Below are positions 9,491-18,068 of a DNA stretch of 64,000 nt, in pieces. Location: contig PLTX01000092.1 of NCBI GenBank assembly GCA_003164675.1, positions 2,296 to 66,295 on the forward strand, in the 5' to 3' direction. Position numbers and translations under genes: made by a program. The notes below the pieces were generated by a model. It searched no databases. It saw only the letters and a list, made by a program, of their open reading frames with translations, and was not told the origin of the DNA. How positions within the stretch are numbered: position 1 is the first letter of the stretch; each line of letters opens with the position of its first letter. The stretch comes from Verrucomicrobiota bacterium. Its GTDB lineage: Bacteria > Verrucomicrobiota > Verrucomicrobiia > Palsa-1439.

Positions 9491-10585
9491 ATGCATTGGC
9501 TGCTCGTCTACTTCTATGTGTTCGATGTCAGTTTCGTGCTGGCACTGATCTTCACGCCGGCGTTCAAGCGACTTTCCTTCCAGTGGAAGTATGTCGACGA
9601 GCCGGACCAGGAACGGAAGATTCATACTGAGGCGATGCCGTTGCTGGGCGGTGCGGCGATTTTCTGCGCGTTCGCAGCCAACGTCATATTCAACTATCTG
9701 TTCATCCTTCCGCTGGGAAGCCGGGTGGATTTGCCGCTGATCGACATGCCTGACGTGAAGATGTACCTCGACGGCGCATTCTCGGTCTGGCCGAAGTTGC
9801 TGGTGATCGTGTTGGGAGGCGGCCTGATGGTGGCGCTGGGGATGTATGACGACAAGTATGAGCTGAACCCGCGGGCGAAATTGATCGCACAGGTGGCTAT
9901 CGCGTTATTGGTGGCGCTGGCGGGGATACGAATTACGGCATTTATTCCCAATCGCTTCATCAACTACGCGATGACCGTATTGTGGATTGTGACCATCACG
10001 AACGCGATGAACTTTCTCGATAACATGGACGGGCTGTGCACGGGGATCGGAATAGTCTGCGCGTCGCTGTTTGGATTCATCGCCGGCATGCAGCACGAGT
10101 ATTTCGTGTGTCTTTTGGCGGTGGCGCTGGCTGGCGCGCTGATGGGATTCCTGCCGCATAACTTCAAGCCGGCGACGATCTTTCTCGGCGATGCCGGCAG
10201 CCACTTTGTTGGGTACATGCTGGCGGTGCTGCCGATTTGCGTGACGTTTTACCGCCATGGCAAGACGCCGACTTGGTTGCCTGTATTGATTCCCTTGCTG
10301 GTGCTGGCGGTGCCGCTGTTCGATCTGGTGATGGTGATGTGGATTCGCGTGCGGCACGGCCAGCCGGTCTATCGAGGCGATGTGAACCATCTTTCTCACC
10401 GTCTGGTGCGGTTGGGGCTGCCGCAAAGCTGGGCGGTAACGCTGATTTACCTCATTACGCTCACCCTCGGTCTTGGGGCGACAATACTGTTGTGGTCGCA
10501 AATGACCGCTGCGCTGGTCGTCATCATCCAGGCGCTCTGTATCCTCTCGATCGTGACGTTGCTGGAGAGAATGGGCGGGAAGTGA
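9491..10585 (+). CDS. Undecaprenyl-phosphate GlcNAc-1-phosphate transferase (WecA/TagO, MraY superfamily)
   Basis: RKIH...PLLGG, GMYDD, NAMNFLDNMDGL, IFLGDAGS, HLSHRL. Confidence 0.9.
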   Translation: MHWLLVYFYVFDVSFVLALIFTPAFKRLSFQWKYVDEPDQERKIHTEAMPLLGGAAIFCAFAANVIFNYLFILPLGSRVDLPLIDMPDVKMYLDGAFSVWPKLLVIVLGGGLMVALGMYDDKYELNPRAKLIAQVAIALLVALAGIRITAFIPNRFINYAMTVLWIVTITNAMNFLDNMDGLCTGIGIVCASLFGFIAGMQHEYFVCLLAVALAGALMGFLPHNFKPATIFLGDAGSHFVGYMLAVLPICVTFYRHGKTPTWLPVLIPLLVLAVPLFDLVMVMWIRVRHGQPVYRGDVNHLSHRLVRLGLPQSWAVTLIYLITLTLGLGATILLWSQMTAALVVIIQALCILSIVTLLERMGGK

Positions 10586-10628
10586 GACGGTTGACTCGGG
10601 CGCGCCAAGCTGCGATTATCTCGCGCCC

Positions 10629-12140
10629 ATGAAATTTTACGTCACGACGCCGATCTACTATGTCAACGACCGTCCGCATATCGGTCATGTGTACACGACC
10701 ACGATTGCGGACATCGCGGCGCGCTTTCATCGGTTGTGCGGTGATGACGTGTTTTTTCTGACGGGCACGGATGAGCATGCGGCGAAGGTGGTGGACTCCG
10801 CGGCGGAGCATGGCGTGACGCCGCAACAGTGGGCCGACGAGAATGCGAAAGCATTTCAGGATACATTTGCCAAGCTGGGTATCAGCAATGACGATTTCAT
10901 TCGCACAAGCCAGGAGCGTCACAAGGTCAAGGCGCAACAGTACGTCGGCGAACTTCTGAAGACGGGCGATGTATATCTCGGGGACTACGAAGGCTGGTAT
11001 GACGCCGGGCAGGAGGAGTATTTGCCCGAGAACAAGGCCAAGGAATACGAGTTCAAGTCGCCGTTTAACGGCAAGCCGCTGGTCCGCAAGAAGGAGAAGA
11101 ATTATTTCTTTCGACTCAGCCGGTACGGCGACTCGTTGTTGAAGCTGCTGGAGGAGCGGCCAGAGTTCGTCCATCCCGACGTGCGGCGCAATGAAGTCCG
11201 GAACCGCATCCGCGAAGGTCTCAATGACGTGCCGATTTCGCGCACGGGTGGAAGCGATTGGGGAATCCGAATTCCGGGAGACTCCGAACACACCATCTAC
11301 GTGTGGATCGATGCGCTCTTCAATTACCTCTCGACAGTCGATACGGACGAGCGTCGGAAGTTCTGGCCGGCGGACGTGCATTTGATCGCGAAGGACATCC
11401 TTTGGTTCCACGCGGTGATCTGGCCGGCAATGTTGATTGCCCTGAAGCGCGAGTTGCCGCGGCAGGTTTATGCGCACAGTTTTTGGATCAGCGAAGGCCA
11501 GAAGATGAGCAAGAGTCTCGGCAACTTTATCGACATCGAGAAAATCGACCAGTACGTGTCGAACTTCGGGCTCGACGCGCTACGGTATTTTCTGGCGCGC
11601 TATGGCCCATTGGGGATCAACGACAGTGATTTCGCGGAGGCCCGGTTCAACGACGTTTACAACGCCGAACTGGCCGACAAGCTGGGAAACCTGGTGAATC
11701 GCACGTTGACCATGATCCAGCGGTATCGAAATGGCGTGGCACCACAAGCGAGCGATGAAGGCTTGCGCACTGATGCGGAGACGATGGTAGCCGCGTATCG
11801 CGAGCGGATGAACCGGCTGGACTTCGTCGGGGCACTCGATGCGCTATGGGGTTTCGTGGTGCGCTCGAACCAGTACGTGGAAGAAAGCGCGCCGTGGAAA
11901 CTGGCCAAGGATCCAGCGAAAGCGCGTCAACTCGATGGCGTGCTTTACAATCTTGCGGAATCGGTGCGGTTGATCTCTGTGCTTGTGACGCCGTTCATGC
12001 CGACCACGAGCGGCGCGATCCGGACGCAACTAGGGGTGGGCGACAAGCGCGGCTTGTTCGCCGAAGAAACGAATTGGGGACGGCTTGCGGCGGGGACGAA
12101 GATCGGCCAGGTTGCGCCGTTGTTTCCGAAACGCACATGA
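10629..12140 (+). CDS. metG: Methionine--tRNA ligase (short form without C-terminal dimerisation domain)
   Basis: FYVTTPIYYVN..PHIGH, GTDEH, YVWIDAL, KMSKS. Confidence 0.97.
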   Translation: MKFYVTTPIYYVNDRPHIGHVYTTTIADIAARFHRLCGDDVFFLTGTDEHAAKVVDSAAEHGVTPQQWADENAKAFQDTFAKLGISNDDFIRTSQERHKVKAQQYVGELLKTGDVYLGDYEGWYDAGQEEYLPENKAKEYEFKSPFNGKPLVRKKEKNYFFRLSRYGDSLLKLLEERPEFVHPDVRRNEVRNRIREGLNDVPISRTGGSDWGIRIPGDSEHTIYVWIDALFNYLSTVDTDERRKFWPADVHLIAKDILWFHAVIWPAMLIALKRELPRQVYAHSFWISEGQKMSKSLGNFIDIEKIDQYVSNFGLDALRYFLARYGPLGINDSDFAEARFNDVYNAELADKLGNLVNRTLTMIQRYRNGVAPQASDEGLRTDAETMVAAYRERMNRLDFVGALDALWGFVVRSNQYVEESAPWKLAKDPAKARQLDGVLYNLAESVRLISVLVTPFMPTTSGAIRTQLGVGDKRGLFAEETNWGRLAAGTKIGQVAPLFPKRT

Positions 12141-12934
12141 TCCGTTTCCCCGAGTCGTCCCGATTTCACTTGATCGACGAGTCGAAAGTGCTCCCTCGGT
12201 TCGGTCATCTCGCGCCGCGGCCGATCTACGTTCATCTTCCCGAACTGGCGGAGCACGATCATCGGCGGCGGTTTCCTGTGTTGTATTGCCACGATGGGCA
12301 AAATATATGGGATGATCCGCATTGCTGCTACGGTCACGGCGGTTGGTTCCTCAATCAGATTGCCGACGAGTTGACTCGTGAGGGGAAGATGGAGCCGATT
12401 ATTCTTGTCGGCATTCCGAACACGCACGCGCGATACCGCGAGTACACGCCGGTGAAGACATACGACGACATTCTGTCGCATCCGTACGCGAACTACGTGG
12501 TCGATGTCGTGAAGCGATACGTCGACCGGAGATTTCCGACGAAGAAAGATCGCCACCACACGGCGTTGATGGGTTCGTCGCTCGGCGGATTGGTCGCGTT
12601 GTGGATGGCGCACAAGCTTCCCGAGACCTTCAGCAAGGCGGCGTGTTTGTCGGGCGCGTTTCAGGTTCGCGACCGGCAGAAAAAATCGTTCGTGGAGTTC
12701 GTGCGCGAACGCGATCATCAGGACCTCCGCATCTATCTCGACTGCGGCACGGTCCAGGATGGGGTGCGGCAATCGCGTCAGGTTCACGAAGCGTATTTGT
12801 CACGCGGGTGGCGTGAGCGAGAGGACTTGCTGTATTTCGAGGACAAAGGTGGCGAACACAACGAGCGGTGCTGGCGCGACCGCGCGTGGCGGGGGCTGAC
12901 ATTCCTCTTCGGAAGCGGGCGCGACCGAGAATAG
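12137..12934 (+). CDS. Putative esterase (alpha/beta hydrolase)
   Basis: PVLYCHDGQN, GSSLGG nucleophile elbow, IYLDCG, GEHNE..W..R. ATGA overlap with metG. Confidence 0.88.
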   Translation: MIRFPESSRFHLIDESKVLPRFGHLAPRPIYVHLPELAEHDHRRRFPVLYCHDGQNIWDDPHCCYGHGGWFLNQIADELTREGKMEPIILVGIPNTHARYREYTPVKTYDDILSHPYANYVVDVVKRYVDRRFPTKKDRHHTALMGSSLGGLVALWMAHKLPETFSKAACLSGAFQVRDRQKKSFVEFVRERDHQDLRIYLDCGTVQDGVRQSRQVHEAYLSRGWREREDLLYFEDKGGEHNERCWRDRAWRGLTFLFGSGRDRE

Positions 12935-13030
12935 ACATGCCACCGGGGGCTGCGCGAATTCGAGGCGCAGCCCGCAGGCATGCATGAGGAAATAGGGCGC
13001 TATGGCATCAACCGACAAGCTTCCATATAT

Positions 13031-13153
13031 ATGCAACGCCTCAAATGCCGCTGGCGCCATAAAGGCGCGCCGCACACCGAAATGCGGCTTGCCCTATTCG
13101 TCCTCTTCGGCGACGACACCGACGCTATCCTTGCCTGGCTCGAAGATCCCTGA
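13031..13153 (+). CDS. Possible 40-aa small protein MQRLKCRWRHKGAPHTEMRLALFVLFGDDTDAILAWLEDP
   Basis: Below the ORF-track cutoff. Strongly C/G-ending codons. Fills an otherwise empty gap. Confidence 0.3.
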   Translation: MQRLKCRWRHKGAPHTEMRLALFVLFGDDTDAILAWLEDP

Positions 13154-13198
13154 CTTGTCTCCCCGCGCCAAATAATACCAGCCCTCGCGAGGTGAATC

Positions 13199-13649
13199 AT
13201 GAGGCGCGCGTTGGTTCTGCTACTACTGGTGTTTCCCGCCTCGGTCGATGGCCGCGTCGGCGAAACCCTTGAACAATGCCGAGTGCGCTATGGTCAGGAA
13301 ATTGCGACCAATGGCGAGTCGTTTGTCTTCCTGAAAAATGGATTCACCGTCACAGTTTGGTTGACCTCTAATTGCGTGGAGACAATCGGCTATTCTGCGG
13401 ATGAAACGCACACACTCGGCTCCGATCATTGCATCCAGTTTTATATTCATGAATGGTGGCACAAACCGGGTCTTCGAGAAGGACGATGAAGCTGGCTTCG
13501 CCCACATGCACACAGCAGATGGCAAGTTGACGGCCTGGACGGGTGCGAATATGCTCGTCATCTGCACCGAAGAAAAGATGCAGCGGGACATGGGGCGCAT
13601 TATGGCGCAGCACAAAGCCGATTTGAAGAAACAACTGGAAGGATTTTGA
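13199..13649 (+). pseudogene. Frameshifted small secreted protein (signal peptide, RVGETLEQCRVRYG ... KKQLEGF)
   Basis: Overlapping ORFs 13199-13489 and 13401-13649 join into one ~149-aa protein if one G is removed from CTCGGCTCCG near 13418. GAGGTG SD. Confidence 0.6.
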
Positions 13650-13871
13650 CGCCAAAGCCGCCGAGTTGACTGCATTAATTATAGAACGCGCCAACACGCC
13701 CGAGGTGTCCCTTCAAACCCTGTCTGAAGCCCCTTCCGACTTCCTTTAGCACACCCCCCAAAAACCCTTCCTCGCCCCCGCTTCTGTTCGCCCGTTTTGC
13801 CCTCCATTGCCTCGAACCTGTTCAACGCGCGCGCCGCGCAGAATTTTTTTCAGAGAATTCACGAAAAGGTG

Positions 13872-13924
13872 TTGACACGTTTTGGGTGCCGTGTCTAAAT
13901 GTGGGGCGTTGTGGGGAATGGTGG
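13872..13924 (+). promoter_or_regulatory. dcw promoter with MraZ operator
   Basis: TTGACA at 13872. GTGG(GG) boxes at 13901, 13911 and 13921 (10-bp period), matching known MraZ-binding repeats. Confidence 0.8.
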
Positions 13925-13951
13925 TTACCAAGGAGGGGCCACGACTCCCAA

Positions 13952-14404
13952 ATGGTTAAGGCACTTACAAGGGCGGTGTTCTTTGGCACGTTTCGGCACG
14001 CGGTTGACGAAAAGAACCGCGTCGCGATACCGGCAATATGGCGGGCTGCCGCGAGACGCTCGCGAGAGTTTTACGTGTTGCCCGATCCAAAGAATTGTCT
14101 GGTCGTGTTAACGGCATCGGCCATGGAGAAGATGCTGGAGCGCGCCGACGACATTTCGATCGGAGAATACGGGCGACGCGACGTGCTTCGGGTTATCGCC
14201 TCTCGGGCGCACGGTACACCCTGCGACAGCCAGGGGCGCATCGGGTTGACTGACCAGTTGCTTCGGCACGCCGGTGTGGGGAAGGAAGCGGTTCTCGTGG
14301 GGATGTTGACGCGGTTCGAGATTTGGTCGCCGGAGCGGTGGGCCGAGGTTGACCGCAACGCCATGCAGAATTTTTCGGAGGCCGCCAAGCAGGTGGGATT
14401 GTGA
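13952..14404 (+). CDS. mraZ: Division/cell wall cluster transcriptional regulator MraZ (alternative start GTG 13976)
   Basis: FFGTFRHAVDEKNRVAIP, DSQGRI, FEIWSPERW. Confidence 0.93.
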   Translation: MVKALTRAVFFGTFRHAVDEKNRVAIPAIWRAAARRSREFYVLPDPKNCLVVLTASAMEKMLERADDISIGEYGRRDVLRVIASRAHGTPCDSQGRIGLTDQLLRHAGVGKEAVLVGMLTRFEIWSPERWAEVDRNAMQNFSEAAKQVGL

Positions 14405-14781
14405 GATCGCAGATGAGTCGAGAAGACATCATGAGTTTTTTGAGTGTGAACCGCAGCCTGACGAATCAGGGCGGGGAAATGCGGCAGTTCCGTCTGCCGC
14501 GAATGAATCCATTTCCGAAGTTGGATAGTCGGATCGTCCGGTCCGCTGGCAGTGACGGCGTACAGCGGTTGGCCTCGCGTCCTGTCGCGCGCGGCGCGGT
14601 TATCATCGAGGGCGGTTGCGGGTGTTTGCCCGAAATGGCCACCGACGTGATCGACTTTTCCGCGAGTTACGCCGTGGAGAACGTGAAGCGCGAACGTTCC
14701 AGCAGCACCCCGTGGTCGCGCGTTGGTTTCGGGCATTTGATCGGACGAGTGTTGGGCAGTCATCGCGCCGCGCGCTTGTGA
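14401..14781 (+). CDS. Hypothetical protein between mraZ and rsmH
   Basis: 126-aa ORF with GTGA overlap on the mraZ stop. No known domain. Confidence 0.4.
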   Translation: MRSQMSREDIMSFLSVNRSLTNQGGEMRQFRLPRMNPFPKLDSRIVRSAGSDGVQRLASRPVARGAVIIEGGCGCLPEMATDVIDFSASYAVENVKRERSSSTPWSRVGFGHLIGRVLGSHRAARL

Positions 14782-14919
14782 GGAGGGAACTGGCAAGCCG
14801 GTTGCGGTCTTGCGCGGCGGTGACAGCGGGAGGGAAGCTTCCCGCGGGGGGGGGTATGGCAAAGGAGGTCAGGATCGGCGAACGTAGGTAGTCAATTTCC
14901 TTCCGATCCGGGCTTCTGC

Positions 14920-15846
14920 ATGACCTACCACACACCTGTGCTGCTCAAGGAGGTCGTAAACCAGTTGCAACCGCGCCGCGGCGGGCTGTACGTGGATTGT
15001 ACTGTCGGCGGCGGCGGGCATGCGCGAGAGATTTTGCGCGCGTGCGGGCCGGAAGGTCAGTTGATCGGGTTGGACTGGGATGATGAGGCCATCGCGGCCA
15101 GCCGCGAGCGGCTGAGTGAATTTGGGGCGCGCGTACAATTGGTGCGCGCCAGTTACGTGGAGTTGGAGAGAGTGTTGATGAGTCTAGGAGTAACAGTGGT
15201 GGATGGGGTTCTGTTCGACCTCGGGGTCAGTTCGCGTCAGTTTGACGAGCCGGGCCGAGGTTTTAGCGTCCTGCGGGATGGCCCGTTGGACATGCGCATG
15301 AGCCGCCAGCTTGGGGCAACCGCTCGGGACATCCTTCGCACCGCCAGTCTGGAGGAACTGGCCAAGATCTTCCGTGTGTATGGCGAAGAGAAGCGTTCCC
15401 GAGCGGTTGCCCGTACAATTGTCGCCGAACGTGAGCGAGCACCGCTGGAGACCACCACCCAACTGGCCCGATTGGTGGAGCAAGTACTGGGGCCGAAGCG
15501 TGGCGCCATCCATCCGGCGACAAGAGTGTTCCAGGGCTTGCGCATCGCGGTGAACAACGAGCTGGCCAATCTCCGTCAAGGTCTGGATGTGGCCACCCGG
15601 TTTCTGCAATCCGGGGCGCGGATTGCGGTCATCTCTTTTCATTCGCTGGAAGACCGGATTGTGAAACGGTTTTTTGTGGAAAAGAGCAGCGGCTGCATTT
15701 GTCCGCCGGAGCTGCCGGTGTGCGGGTGCGGGCGCAAGGAAACGTTGCGGATCGTGACGAAGAAGCCCGTCACGGCCGACGAGACGGAAGTGGGTGTGAA
15801 CCCACGGGCGCGGAGCGCGAAGTTGCGCGTCGCGGAGAAAATTTAG
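14920..15846 (+). CDS. rsmH: 16S rRNA m4C1402 methyltransferase
   Basis: HTPVLL, DCTVGGGGHA, DLGVSS.Q, GPLDMRM, ISFHSLEDRIVK, NPRARSAKLR. Confidence 0.97.
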   Translation: MTYHTPVLLKEVVNQLQPRRGGLYVDCTVGGGGHAREILRACGPEGQLIGLDWDDEAIAASRERLSEFGARVQLVRASYVELERVLMSLGVTVVDGVLFDLGVSSRQFDEPGRGFSVLRDGPLDMRMSRQLGATARDILRTASLEELAKIFRVYGEEKRSRAVARTIVAERERAPLETTTQLARLVEQVLGPKRGAIHPATRVFQGLRIAVNNELANLRQGLDVATRFLQSGARIAVISFHSLEDRIVKRFFVEKSSGCICPPELPVCGCGRKETLRIVTKKPVTADETEVGVNPRARSAKLRVAEKI

Positions 15847-15927
15847 GAAGAGAAGGTTTGGTTGGGGGTGGGGAACCCCGCGGGGGGTCGGGTCCAGGGA
15901 GAACGACCCCCCGGGCCAATTTTTGTG

Positions 15928-16344
15928 ATGAAGCGGAATCGTAAACGCGAGCCATTGAGGTTTGGGACGGTGACCAAGTCGCTGTTCGTGTGCGTGTGTG
16001 TGGCCATCAGTGGACTGGGCTACGTCTGGCAGAAAAACGCAATCTATCGTTTGGGCGACGAGATCAAGAAGCGAGAGGCGCTCCTGTCTTCGGCGCAAAA
16101 GCGCAACCTGATGCTGGCCGCGCAACTGGCGCATCTGGAATCCCCGGCGGAACTGGAAACGAAGTGCCAAGGATACAATCTCAGCCTGGTGGCTCCCAAG
16201 GAAAGCCAGGTCGTTCGGTTGTATGAGCCGGGTCCGGAATGGGACGTGCAGATGGCGAATGCTCCGTTGCCCGCGCGGATCCCGGCGCAACAACAAGTCA
16301 GACTACAAGTACGCAACCCTCAACCCCGGGCGATCGCACAATAG
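15928..16344 (+). CDS. ftsL: Cell division protein FtsL-like
   Basis: Basic N-terminus, single TM, coiled coil ending LESPAEL. Position between rsmH and ftsI. Confidence 0.75.
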   Translation: MKRNRKREPLRFGTVTKSLFVCVCVAISGLGYVWQKNAIYRLGDEIKKREALLSSAQKRNLMLAAQLAHLESPAELETKCQGYNLSLVAPKESQVVRLYEPGPEWDVQMANAPLPARIPAQQQVRLQVRNPQPRAIAQ

Positions 16345-16349
16345 GAATA

Positions 16350-18068
16350 ATGACACTGGCGCCGCAACAAGGCAGGGCGTTGATCGTGGTCGGCGCGTTG
16401 GCGTCGGTCTTCACCGCGCTCGCGTTCCGTCTTTTCGATTTGCATGTCCTGCAGCACAAAGAGCTCAGTGCGTTGGCGCAGGCAAACCGCGAGCAGGTTG
16501 TCCATCGGCAAGGCCGCCGGGGGTCGATTTTGGATGTCAACGGCAATTTGCTCGCCGACAGTTTGTCGGTGCGCATCGTCACGGCAGACGCGACGATCAC
16601 CGCGCCGCAGGCATCCGCGATCGCGGAGAAGCTTGCGCCATTGTTGGGGACGGATGTCGACTCACTCACGCGAAAGCTCAGTGGCCAGTCCCGCTACATT
16701 CGGCTCAATCCGCGCGTCAAACTCGATGAAGACGCCGTGCAAAAGATCCGGGCGATGAAGTTGAAGGGCATCTACTTCGAGGATCAATTTGTCCGGTCGT
16801 ATCCGAACGGTCCGCTGGCCAGTCACGTGATCGGGTTCGTCGATGCCGAACACAGGGGGGTGCAGGGCATCGAAGCGTCGATGGAAGATTATTTGCAGGG
16901 CCAGGCCGGCTACGAGGTCATCGAACGTGACCGCAAAGGCCGTGAGATTCGGGCATTGCGCACCGAGGACCTTGGGCCGCAGGACGGTCTCAACGTTGTC
17001 CTCACGGTCGATCAGGTGATCCAGCACATCGCGGAGCAGGAACTCGAGAGAGCGATGGAGCAATTCAAACCGCAATCGGGCGCGATCATTGTCTCGCGTC
17101 CAAAGACGGGGGAAATCCTGGCGATGAGTTCTCGGCCGACGTTTGATCCGACCGAGATGGACGCGTCTTCCGCCGACGCGCGTCGCAATCGGTGCGTCAG
17201 CGACGTCGCCGAGCCGGGTTCCACGTTCAAGATTGTCGTGTGCTCGGGCGCGCTCAACGAGGGCATCGTTACGCTTGGGGACCAGTTCGACTGCGAGAAT
17301 GGCGCGTTCATGTATGCGGGCCGCGTTTTGCACGATGCGCATCCATTCGGCGTGTTGAGTGTCGAGGAAATTTTGTTTCATTCCAGCAACATCGGGGCGG
17401 CGAAGGTGGGTCTGCGGATGGGGCCGGCGCGGCTGTACGAGTACGTCCGGCGGTACGGTTTCGGCCACAAAACCGACATCGCCCTGCCGGGAGAGGTTTC
17501 AGGGATCGCCCATCCACTGGCTCGCTGGAACAGTCTTTCCATCACCCGTATTCCAATGGGGCACGAGATTGCGGTGACACCACTGCAAATGTTGATGGCT
17601 CTGAACACCATTGCGAACAAGGGTGTGCGGATGAAGCCGATGATCGTCAAGAGCATCGTCAGCGAAGATGGCGTGACCGTATTGCAATATCAACCGCGGT
17701 CGGTCGGGCCGGTTATCTCGGCGCACACCAGCGAGTTAATGACGACGGCATTGCGCAAGGTGGTCGGGCCCGAGGGGACGGCGCCGAAAGCGGCTGTGCA
17801 AGGATTCGATGTGGCGGGCAAGACGGGCACGGCCCAGAAAGTTGAGAACGGCCAGTACGTCCGCAAGTACTACTCGTCGTTCATCGGCTATTTCCCGGCG
17901 TCGAACCCGGAGATTTCCATTTTGGTCTCGTTGGACGATCCCGTTGGGGGCGCGTACTACGGCGGATCAGTGGCGGGACCGGTATTCCGGGCCGTGGCGG
18001 AGAAAGTCGCCGAGTATCTGGGCATGGTGCCGCAGACTCCACCGACAGAGGTAACGAAAGTATCATGA
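16350..18068 (+). CDS. ftsI: Septal peptidoglycan transpeptidase PBP3
   Basis: RGSILD, RSYP, EPGSTFK (SxxK), SSN (SxN), GKTGTAQK. Confidence 0.94.
   Translation: MTLAPQQGRALIVVGALASVFTALAFRLFDLHVLQHKELSALAQANREQVVHRQGRRGSILDVNGNLLADSLSVRIVTADATITAPQASAIAEKLAPLLGTDVDSLTRKLSGQSRYIRLNPRVKLDEDAVQKIRAMKLKGIYFEDQFVRSYPNGPLASHVIGFVDAEHRGVQGIEASMEDYLQGQAGYEVIERDRKGREIRALRTEDLGPQDGLNVVLTVDQVIQHIAEQELERAMEQFKPQSGAIIVSRPKTGEILAMSSRPTFDPTEMDASSADARRNRCVSDVAEPGSTFKIVVCSGALNEGIVTLGDQFDCENGAFMYAGRVLHDAHPFGVLSVEEILFHSSNIGAAKVGLRMGPARLYEYVRRYGFGHKTDIALPGEVSGIAHPLARWNSLSITRIPMGHEIAVTPLQMLMALNTIANKGVRMKPMIVKSIVSEDGVTVLQYQPRSVGPVISAHTSELMTTALRKVVGPEGTAPKAAVQGFDVAGKTGTAQKVENGQYVRKYYSSFIGYFPASNPEISILVSLDDPVGGAYYGGSVAGPVFRAVAEKVAEYLGMVPQTPPTEVTKVS

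Noticed and set aside
15862..15927. GGGGGGTCG/CGACCCCCC hairpin between rsmH and ftsL as a terminator or FtsL N-terminal extension
   Set aside because: No immediate U-tract and it is mid-operon. ATG 15928 gives a normal FtsL. At most a stabilising hairpin.
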